This document shows, one piece after another, positions 30,401 through 41,727 of a DNA stretch of 64,000 bases. Source of the stretch: the human T2T-CHM13v2.0 reference genome, Homo sapiens. The position numbers were made by a program, and so were the translations under genes. The notes under the pieces are model-generated. The model worked only from the letters and a program-made list of their open reading frames with translations, had not been told where the DNA came from and made no database searches. The stretch lies in NCBI RefSeq assembly GCF_009914755.1, contig NC_060932.1; one strand, given 5' to 3'. Numbering within the stretch: the stretch's first letter is position 1; each line of letters begins with the position of its first letter.

Positions 30401-31946
30401 TCTTTTGTTGGGTGTGGAACCTTGAGTAATATATCTTTCCCTGTGCATTCTGAGAGAGGCAAACTGGGAACATGGTCTTTGGGTGGAACTTACACAATCT
30501 ATTTATTATACTTAGCACATGAAGTAGCCGGTTCTTAACGCTATTACCCCTGTTTCCAAAAGTCCATCCCAAACTGCAAACTGCAAGAAAGAAAGAATCA
30601 TGTCTTGGTGTTGAAAAGGTTGAAATTGCATGGAAAAAAAACACCCCCCAACTTTTTTTTTTTTTTTTTTTTTTTTGCAGGTGTCATTGTTCCTTTACTA
30701 AAGATCTTCTTTGCCATTGTATACTTACCTATTATACTCTACCATATCCACACCAAATGGGTGTACATTTGAAATTGAACGAAAATCGCCTGCCTAGCAT
30801 GTGCAGCTCTCATTTTATTAGTTGGTATACGCAGTGCTTAAAGGCCTTATGCGGCCCTCCTTTGAGACATGCTATCACAACATTTAATAAGCTGGCAGTT
30901 GATTCATACTCCAGACTGCATTCTAAAGAATCTCAAAGTCCTTTCAAAATGTTGCGAACAAGCAACAAAGTATTTTTTTGTAAGTTTTTAACATTTGTGA
31001 TAGTTATAAACTACTTTGTCATTAATATCCATCCAACTAGAGACATTTGGCTGAAAAATGAAGAAAAGATTTATGAAATTTAGCTTCAATTCTATTCATG
31101 AGACTGAAATAAATGTAGGAATATGAAAAAGACTAATGTCTCTATGTTAAATCGATTTCCAGGGTGCCAAGTGGAAAAGTGTAATTGAAATTGACCCATT
31201 ACATGATTACATTATTTGTGTACCAAATCTAATATATTTCATAAAACTATAGAGCTGTTTCAGTAACTACCTGACAAACTGTATATATTGTTCCTAATTA
31301 AATTTTATAAATGTACTTCTAGAAATGTGAGGTTGCAGAATTATCCAAGTAATATGTCTCTACATTTATGAATCCTGTTCCAGAGAATTAAGACAAGGGA
31401 GAGCATTTCTAATCTCATGACTATTTCATGACTCGTGAAAGCTATAATAAACAAGGTGACAAAATAAATATTCAAGGGAAGATTCCAAGTTAAATTTCTG
31501 AAATATACTTGGAAATACATCTATTTCTTTCTTATTTTCCCCCGATTAATCACACTGTAGTAAGCACCTGACCTTTACATACACATTTAAAGTCTACTCT
31601 TTGAGTACCTACTAAGGTGGTAAAATGCCAGGTGCATACATTTTCAAACACAATTTCCTTTAATCTTGACCACCCTAGGTATCATTATTCCTATTTGTTC
31701 AGTGACAGGTGATGGGCAACTTGTTTATGGTACAAATATTTAATTTTATGGTTGCTTTAAATCTCCCCCCTTTAATTATTAGATTGTGAGTTTCTGAAGG
31801 GCAGGAATAGTGCCCTATTCATTTTTGTATTGAAAGAATAAAAGAAAAAATGTGTTGTTTTGCAAATAACTTAAAGGTGTGTTCCCCTTTTGATTTGGTT
31901 TTGTTTACATTTAATTTTCACTGAAAACAACCAAAAGACTCTAAGA

Positions 31947-32345
31947 TAATTATTTTATTTTATTAGGGTATAATTGACAAAAAATTTGTACATATTTAGT
32001 TTCATAATATGATGTTTTGATATGTGTACACATTGTGAAATGCTTAAATGAAGCTAATTAACATGCATCACCTCTCATACTTATTTTTTGTTGTGAGAAC
32101 ATTTAAGATCTCTCTCAGCAATTTTCAAGTATATAATACATGATTATTAACTATAGTCACCATATTGTACAATAGATCTCTTGAACTTATTTCTCCTGTC
32201 TAACTGAAATTTTTATCCTTTGATCGAAGCTTGTCTTTCCCCCACTTCCTCCTCCCTCAGCCCTTGGTAACTACCATTCTACTCTCTGCATCTATAAGTT
32301 TGACTTTTTTAGATTTTAGGTATATGTGAGATCGTGAAATACTTT
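31947..32345 (-). mobile_element. 5'-truncated L1MA 3'UTR insertion
   Basis: L1MA-type 3' end ('gtgagaacatttaagatct...tatagtcaccatattgtacaatagatctcttgaacttatt'). Perfect 13-bp flanking repeat AAAGACTCTAAGA (31934-31946 and 32346-32358). Confidence 0.88.
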
Positions 32346-33239
32346 AAAGACTCTAAGACAGTGTAGATTATTCTAATTTACCATATATATATGGTAAATA
32401 TATATATATATTTTACAATCAGGATAAGAGTAAGTTTTTTCACAATGTACTCTTTGGGAGAAAATATGTTCTCTTTCATATAAGAAGATGATTCTACTGA
32501 CCAATCTTATTTTTTAAGAAGTTACCAGGTATAAAACATGCATGCTGCACTATGTTAAGTACATATAGAGATGAAGAAGGCAAAGTTCTCAAGAAGTTTT
32601 AGAAAATTTGTGAAATAGTCTCCCTGGTGCTTTTTCTCTCTTTGGTCCCTAAGGCTTGTTTTTCACCCAGGACTACCTTTCTTGGGGAGAATTAAATACT
32701 TCTTATTTGGACCGAACTCAGAATGAGTGAGATGACACAGGTAGGGGCCTGCTCTAGGAATTCATCTATCCTCCTGTGATGGCCATAGAACACAGTGTCT
32801 GCAGAACAAAGACAAAGGCAACAAGCAAGTCAGCAAAACAGTTGGCTTCCTCTAGGTCAAATGGGTAAGCAACATGGGGAAAATTTACAGCAGGGAATTC
32901 AGGACCAGGGGAACACATCACAATCCAAGAGAGCAGATAATGCATTGAGATTAACTGGGCTCCAGTTTCCAATCCCATCAGAGTCTAGTCCTGAGCAGTG
33001 GAAAGTGGCAAATTTGGTCCCCAGACCTAGTAACTGGTTTGCTAAAAAGTTTTCTAAGAAAAGAACTTAAAAACAGGGAGAAACCCAGGTATGAATGGGA
33101 CCAAGGTTGGTGCTAAACTAGTTAAGGGTGATTAGATGACAGCCTTCCCAAAATCATAGTTAGCAGCTTCTCATATCCATCTACTCATGATAAGGGATTA
33201 GTTCTAAAGACAGTGTTGGGGTTAAATTTGTGTGTTACC

Positions 33240-33742
33240 AGATTAGCTTTCTATTATTTCAATGCTATATATCAAACCACATCAAATCTAAGAGACTTAT
33301 AAAAATAAGCACTTATTATTGCTCGTGTGTTTATGGTTCTGCTAGTCAGGCGGGCTTTGGCTGATTGCATCTGAGCTTATTAGTCTGCAGTCAGCTGGCA
33401 GGAGCTGGCTGGGATTGCTAGTCAAGGATGGCCTTGTGCGGCTAGCTGATAGGGTGATAGGGGTTACTGGGATGCATGTCCCACATCATCCAGCAGCTTA
33501 GCTCAGCCTTATTCTTATGGCACTAGATTGGGTTCCAATAGAACAAGCAGAAGCATACATGGGTTTTTGAGACCTAGGCTCAGAACTGGCATGCTGTTGC
33601 TTCTCCCTCATTCTACTAGCCAAAGTCATAAGGACAACTGAGATAGATTCTACCTCATGATGGGAGAAGAAGTAAAGTTGCATTCCAAAGGGGATGGATA
33701 TAGGGAAGAGTGAGGAATTGTGGCCATTTTGCAATCTACCAC
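33240..33742 (-). mobile_element. MLT1 (MaLR) solo LTR
   Basis: Ends 'ggccattttgcaatctaccaca'; internal 'cctaggctcagaactggca...cattctactagccaaag'. Confidence 0.75.
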
Positions 33743-33989
33743 ATTTGGGGCCCTGAACTTCACCTGTTAGGAAGAAGCAATATGTAGTCTAGAAACCAGG
33801 TGGGGCCAGGTGGGTTTCTGGCTCTTCTCCTATTTCCAGCTATAAAAATGCTTCTCCTTTCAATGTTGTTCTCACCTTGTTGATGAGGGATAAGTATATA
33901 ACTATAGTAACTCTCCTTAGAGCATGAATAACTAGTCACCTGTTCAACAATCTAGTACTTCTAAAACAATTTTAATCGCTACCTTACAT

Positions 33990-34130
33990 GCAGTTTCTTC
34001 TTCTGTAAAAGGTGGATAATTATAATACTTACCTCATATGATTTTCATGAGGATTAAATAAGCTAAGAAAAACACGTAGAATGGCATCTTGCATAAAATG
34101 AGTGATCAGCAGGTGTTAGGTGCTGCTGTT
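33990..34130 (+). mobile_element. MIR fragment
   Basis: 'cagtttcttcttctgtaaaag...acctcat...tgaggattaaataag'. Confidence 0.65.
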
Positions 34131-34638
34131 ATTGTTTTATCATCAGTTTCATTATCATTATTATTTGTCCTAGTTTACCTAAATAAAATGAGATGGTTGC
34201 AGACAATGCAGAATATTAAGCAGTATGGGGCTTTAAATCCAGAAACAACCTTCTCCTTCACATAAGGACAGTTTTGAGGAAGACAATCATTTTGAATCTT
34301 TTTTTTTTTTTCTGGTAAGGGTGATAAATGTGTGCCAACTGGCTATACTTTCTGAGGAACACAGCTTGAAAATCATTGCTGTAAGAGACCAAGGATCACA
34401 AACTCAAATATCCATGAGGCCTGACTGGTAACACCAATCAGCAAAGTCAGTAGGGTGTAATTCAATAGAGAGGTGGGTGCTGTGGCAAATTGGAGCACCA
34501 TCTATATGTAAGAAAGCTAATCTTAGATAGAATCGGCCTTGACTGGTGATAGAAGGAAAAAAGAGGCTATTTCTTGTGATCACAGCTTTTTCAGAAGGTA
34601 ATAAGACTGGTTGGAAGGATAGAAAATAAACATGATTC

Positions 34639-34944
<306 letters not shown>

Positions 34945-37900
34945 AGAAAATAAACATGATTCAAGTAGTGAGAGAAGATTATGGAAGCTCTTGAAATTGA
35001 GACGTAGTAGGGAAATTTAGATTTAACATGGTGATGTTGATTCAGTGGAAAAGATGACTTTTAGAAAATTTAGCTCCATTGGATAAAAAATAATTTAAAA
35101 ATAGTATAAACCATGAAAGTATAAATATTGTCAGGAAAGTATAAGTGTAACCAGTAAAGTATAAGTATAACCAATGAAAGTATAAGTACTGACAGGAAAG
35201 CTTGAGCTTGCTACTGAAAAGCTGGGCCAGAGGTAAAGACTATGGATTTGGGGGAATGAATATTCTTTGAAGGCATAAGATACTGGCCTGAGGTGCTGAG
35301 GAGCAGTAGTGCTAGGAATTTTGTGTGCATGACTATAGGGCTCTTTAGAATTGTGCCACAGTACAGCATCATGCAATAGAATCAAAGTTGTTCTTTGCAA
35401 TAACGAATGCCAGTAATAAAGAATGAACCTGAGACATGTGCATTTCAGTGTATGTGTGTGGACAGAACTAAAAGGTTTAACATCACCTACAGATATTGCT
35501 GGAAATTCTGTGTACAGATTATTGTCCTTATGTGGTAAATCTAGAATATATTTCCAGATATTTCTATAGCTTGAAAGCTTGGTTTTCTTTGGGGTGTGTC
35601 ATCTTCCTATTGCAAACACATGAGTACCAATGCACTATGGCTCTATTTTATGATGATAGTCTCTCCCAGAACCATCATCTACTAATTTTGTTTAAAAAGT
35701 GTAAGCCACATCCTACCTCTCTGATTGGTAGATTTCTTCCCACCTTCCTAATGAATTTCCTTGGAGTTCTTCATTTTCCCCTGTAGGTGATGCTCTTGAG
35801 TTCATCTTATTCCTTCTCCATTTAGTGGCACTTGGCAGTGGTTCCAGGTAGCATGTTTATATTTTTTAACATGCCCACCTTTAGCCACAGGAGATACATT
35901 TTTTTCCCCTCCAAATGCTGATTCTGCCCATAAAGGTACTGAGCCTTTCTTCATCTATGCCTTCATCAATCCCTGTCTCTGAAATGCGCTGACCGTTTTC
36001 AGATGCCCGGGTTTACCCTGCTGGGTTTATAGTAGCAGTTCCATAGTCAAGTTACAGCTCAGTCTCTTGAGTTGACCAAGAATGCAGATTATAGAGAGAG
36101 GCTGACTTCAGAGGTGTGTCTTCTTTGGACTCGATGTATTCCAAGAGAGAGGTATTTTTGGTCTGCTGAAGGGGTCAATGCTTTCTTCTGACCTGGAAGC
36201 TAAGGTCGAAGTAAACTTCTAAAACTTCACACTGGGACTCCTCCCTACAACTGTCTCACCTGAGAAGAATCGGCTCAGATTCTTCTCCAGAAAATGGGCT
36301 TTGAAGGCAGCTGTGTCAGCTGCTTCAGGAATACTGACCTGTGTTTAGTCTGAGCAGAATTCTGTCATAGGCCAGTAATTTTACTTCTATATGCCTCAAT
36401 TTCTTTCTTCCTAGAATAATGGGTTCACACTAGGTGATTATAAGTGTCTTTCAGCACTGACTCTAATCCATGTTAATTCATAGGGAACCATGGTGGGTTC
36501 TTGAGTAATATAAATTATTGTGAAGCTATGTGAGCCACATTGAGCTACTCTTCTTCGAACAATTTTTAGTAGATCAAAACCTCATTGCTCTTCCGAACCT
36601 TTCTATCATATGCCTGCTTGTTCATAGTTCCCATTTTTATAGAGAAAGCAGATGAATAAAGAGCAAGTGGAAAGTGGAAGAAAAATAATAGTCACCCAAA
36701 TGGGAAAAGCTGGTTTTGTATATCAGTCCATCCCTCCAGATAGACTGTATTAGAAGGTCATGTGAGGATAGAAAAAAGATGTGTTAGATAAACTGAATTT
36801 TTAAATAAATTAGGATAAAGAATTCTGACACATCCATTTCAGGAGAGAGACTGTGCTGCTAATGGGATTAGAAATCTGCCAAATTCTTTGATTTTTAACT
36901 TTATGCATTCATCCTCATGCAAGAAATGGCCTTTCATTCCATCTGGAGAGGACGGACTGATGTCCAAAAGCTCCCTTTCTTTTGGACAGTGCTGAAGTCG
37001 GCACTGCCAATGTTTGTCTGCATGACTCTCCTTTTGTATGCTTTCTTTGCTGACTGAGTCTTATTAGCTGATATTTTCTTTTTCAGATATGTTTGTTTAT
37101 TCGAACAGGATGCAGTCCAGTCTTGCTGACTTGTGAGTCATTTTTTGTTTCTTGCATGGCTTTGTACATCTCTGCTTTGCTCCATTGTAGGTTGATATTA
37201 CTCTTGATTTCTCAATGGGAAATCTTTTTCCCTTTCCTAATACACGGGAAGTGAAAACGTCACTGAATTCCCCAGTAATAAGAAACATACAGATACTTTC
37301 ATTTTTGTTCTTGGCATGATTTGTACACAATCTTGCATGAAGAAATTGGGATATATTTCAAAGTTATGTTCTATGTCCATAAAGTGTTGTGGGACTTTAT
37401 TAGAATCACAATCTATGAAGCTGTCTTTTCTCAGCTATTATGACAACAATTTTTAAAAAATTAATAACCAGCCTTTTACCTCTAGCATTACTTATTTAAC
37501 TTTGCTGCCTGACCATTAGCTCTAGGAGAACATGTATTTATTTTATCTACAGATCTTTGGGGCATCAAAGTCACAATGGTATACTGTTGAAAACAATATT
37601 TAAATATAATCTAACCCAAAGCTCACTCCTCCCAATTACCCTTCCTCTCACTTCTCACCCTACCTCTTGGTAAAATGGCATGCAACTTCTCCAGAAGTAT
37701 GTGTATAGCTACATAGCCTTGTGTTAAAATATTATTTTACTTTCAAACAAACCATTTTACAGTTGTTATTTAATGAGAATTTTTGGAATATTTTTTGAGG
37801 AAAATGTCATAGCTTGCTTAAGGAACTGTTTCAAATAGTTAGCACCCAACACTCTCCATATCTTCTTTAAATCTAAATTGACCTTTATCTAGATCTCTGT

Positions 37901-38494
37901 CCCAATAGAGGATTGACTTGCCATCAGCAAGTCAAAATTTCACTTTAGCAGAAGTCATAAGCTTCCCTGAATTTACCCAGATGATGGTTTGCTATTTTTG
38001 TAAGAGAACACTGCCATTTTGCCAAAAGTCTTCTGTCTTGCAGGAATTGGCTGCCAGTACTGATTTCTTGGGCTGCAAATAGGGCAACAGCTGTGCCTTC
38101 CATACCAGGCTGTGGGTACAAGGTTGCCAAAGAGGCATTGTTCTAAAAACTGAAATACTCTGATAGTCAGCTCAGCCATCCCTGTAAACTTGTGTTTTTA
38201 TCTCTTGGACTTATGAAAAAATTAGGATCAAACATAGATATTATTTGATTTTATGTAACTTTTGTTAAGTCCCTGAAGTTCACTAGTTTGAATTCTAGTT
38301 AGTACAATAGGCAATGATGATGTAGTGGAGGGAAAGCAACTCTAAGTGAAGACTGAGGAGACGTGGGGTTTGGTCCTTGCTCTGTCTTGCTGGACCTATT
38401 GAGAATTTGGTCTTACCATGTATAAAATGAGGCTGTTGTAAAAGGTGATATTTAAGGTCTTTTGGTTCTAAGATTATCTGTGAGCATTTACCTC

Positions 38495-39039
38495 TGTATT
38501 AGTCAGGGTTCTCTAAAGGGACAGAACTAATAGGATATATGTATATATGAAGGGGAGATTATTAGGAATATTGACTCACACGATCACAAGGTGAAGTGCC
38601 ACAATAGGCCAACTACAAGCTGAGGACAAGGAAGCCAGTCTGAGTCCCCAAACCTCAAAAGTAGGAAAGCTGACAGTGCAGCCTTCGGTCTGTGGCTGAA
38701 GGCCCAAGAGCCCCTGGCAAATCACTGGTGTAAGTACAAGAATCCAAAAGCTGAAGAACTTGGAGTCTGATGTTCAAGGGCAGGAAGCATCCAGCATGGG
38801 AGGAAGATGAAGGCTGGAAGACTCAGCAAGTGTGCTCTTCCGTCTTCTCCTGCCTGCTTTACTCTAGTCGTCCTGGCAGCTGATTAGACGGTGCCCACCC
38901 AGACTGAAGGTGGGTCTACCTCTCCCAGTCCACCAACTCAAATGTTAGTCACCTTTGGAAACTCCCTCACAGACACACCCAGGAACAACACTTGCATCCT
39001 TCAATCCAATGAAGTTGACCCTTGATATTACCCATCACA
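38495..39039 (-). mobile_element. MLT2A (probably MLT2A2; HERV-L) solo LTR
   Basis: TG...CA termini ('tgtattagtcagggttctct...cccatcaca'), 545 bp, perfect 5-bp TSD ACCTC (38490-38494 and 39040-39044). Confidence 0.9.
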
Positions 39040-39306
39040 ACCTCTAATCTTAGAAAAGGACAATCATTCTGATTTGTTTTCTTTGGGCTATGAAATGTTT
39101 AGAGTACGTTTTTGATAAGCCAATAGACATATGTTACGGATTTCCAGGTCTAATGGATTAGATGAAAAGATCAAACATTGTTAGAGGAATTTCCAGTCAC
39201 ACTTTAACTTGCCATTCATTCAGACATTATTTGGAAAACAATTGTAAGCTCCATGTGGGGAATCTTCCTCCAACTGAGGGATCTGCCTCCTTGTAGTGGT
39301 GCCTCC

Positions 39307-39310
<4 letters not shown>

Positions 39311-39350
<40 letters not shown>

Positions 39351-39364
39351 TCTGTGTCTCTCTC
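39311..39364. repeat. (TC)n microsatellite
   Basis: Directly visible. Confidence 0.95.
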
Positions 39365-41595
39365 TTAATTCCAATATCTGCTCTCTAGTTTAAGAAGATA
39401 AATTCTTAGGGTCCTAATGAACATTCTTCTTACATAATTAGCTATTTAGAGGGTCATTTGAGGATTTTATTTAGTAGTTCACAATGTGTTTGTGAATTTC
39501 ATATGAAAACTCAAACTAAGTATATGTCTTTTACAAAGGAATAGATCCTTCATATTCTTTTGAGTCAAAGTATCTCAAATAGGCTTCATTGCCTCACTGA
39601 GCTGTGTGTTTCTGCCTAAAAATGGTGTCTTTCCCAAGCCGCTTTTACATCCTCAAATTTAAGCAGCAAGGTCCTAATCTCTCTCCAGTGCCAATGATTG
39701 TTCTTTCTAGTTATGTGAATTTTGTTTTAGCATGCAACAGCATAAATCATTTATTTGTTCTGCATGAGAGAAGAAGAAAAGTGTAGAGCTTAAAAAATTA
39801 TTTTCAAAAACCGATGTGATATGTTTTTTTGATTATGTAAGATTTTTTGCTTACTCAAGCTAAAGGAATATGGAAAATAATAATTAGCCCATAGTAAAGC
39901 TACTTGAGGGCCTTTTGAAGAGTTAAATCGTGGTATTATTTATAGACAAAAAGGTAATATTTTCTGTGTTTTCTCGCCTCAATTTGTCTTGTTGCTTTAA
40001 CACATTACATGTTATAATGTAATCTATGAGATAGAAACAATACCAGGAGTCCTAATTAAATTAAAAGTAATTACCAGTTGTACAGATAGGGCTTTCAATT
40101 GAGCAGCAGGAAGTTGATATTTTGTCATCCCCAGTTTATCTCCATGCACCGAGCACCATTCTTTGTACCAGTTATTAATGGCATTTTCTCAACGGTCATG
40201 AAGAGTGTGGGAAATAGGGAACAGGAAAGAACAAAAGGAAGAGAGGAATTAGAGGAGGCTCAGAGCAAGACAAAGACAGAGAGGAATCTTTCTGATGCTC
40301 TTCTTCGACTAAGATCCAGAGAGATTTTTCATACATTGAGGGGACCTATTGCTGTCCTTCACTCACCTATGAAAGAAATATTTGCCCTGCCCATATTAGT
40401 AGCATATCCTAATTTTTTTCTGACTATGAGCAGAATTTTAAAAAGAGAACCGCACACATTCTGTGCTCAAGGTTTGGTTTATGATGTGACAGATTTTCCA
40501 TTTTCAGAAGGAAAAAAATAGTTCCAGCTCCCAACAGGAATTTAATTTGAGAGAGGGAGGGAAATGGCAATATATAAAGATTTCCTACTGTCCAATTTCT
40601 TATTCTGCTTTTCAACTGGGCATCTTTTAACAGTTGGAAGCAATGCCATTCTCCCAAGAAGAAACAGTGCAGGCTTTTTAAGAGCATGTTCAGAGCAATG
40701 TCCGTTTGATTGACCGTTATCTACCTGGCATGCTGCTGCTACAAATATGAGCAATTATTGGGAAAGCAGTCAAATTAAATTTTCATAACTGTAAAACTGC
40801 GTTTTACCTTAGGGGCACAGCTTCCTGCCTATTTCTACAATCTATTTGCTGTGCTTTATATTAAATCTAAACAAATGAATGTTTACCAGCATTAATATTT
40901 GAACAGCATGCCAGTCTGTACCCTCTCTCCCAACAACTTTCTCATCTTTCTAGGAATGTTCTACAGGGAGTTTAACTTTTCTAATATAATGTAGATGTTT
41001 TGGATTGGCTTTACTTAATGGGTTCTTTCCTGTCCACCCAAGTACACCTTTGGTTCATTCTTGCCTTTAATAATCAAGCAAAATCAACAAATGGCTTAAA
41101 TGAAATCAAGTTTTTTTTTTTTTAGATCATTTTTACCAGGGTTTTAAAGCCTGATGACTTCAACAGGTCCAACCATTGTACAGACGACACATGTTGTACG
41201 TGGCAGGTGGGACAGTGTGTTCCTTTCCCATACTTATGGCCAACCTTGCTAACTGATTACAGCACAGTGCATCATGGAGAACAGATATTGGCTCTTGGCA
41301 GCCATTCGAATTGATTTGAGTTGACACATAAGGCGAAACCGATCTTGCCATCCCTGGTGTAAATGGTTTTATCTTTGTGTTCTTGCTGCCCTGCCTGGCA
41401 TCTTTCTCGTCACTCCGTCTTCGGCCCAGCCTCACCTGGGCTCACTCTTCCCTGAATCACATGAGCCTGCTGCTCCCACTTTGACCTGTCCTTCCGATCT
41501 AGTTCGAGTCCCATCTCTTTCATGAAACATGATGATTTTCTAGATTTCTCTGGATCACATCGACCTGCCTTCTCTGATGATTATACCCTTGTCAC

Positions 41596-41727
41596 TAGAG
41601 TGACCATATGTCTTGGTTATTTTGGACAGCCCAAGATTTGCCTGCTATCTTGGACTCCTGGCTGGCTAGTTCACCTCTGTCTCTTAAAAGTGTCCCAGAG
41701 TGTACAATATATGACATGGTCTCCTTA
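41596..41727 (-). mobile_element. MER94-like hAT-Blackjack MITE
   Basis: Terminal inverted repeats 'tagagtgaccat' / 'atggtctcctta', internal 'aaaagtgtccc', about 130 bp. Confidence 0.65.

Noticed and set aside
40099-40521. 140-aa ORF
   Set aside because: Non-ATG start, no recognisable domain and no convincing splice boundaries.
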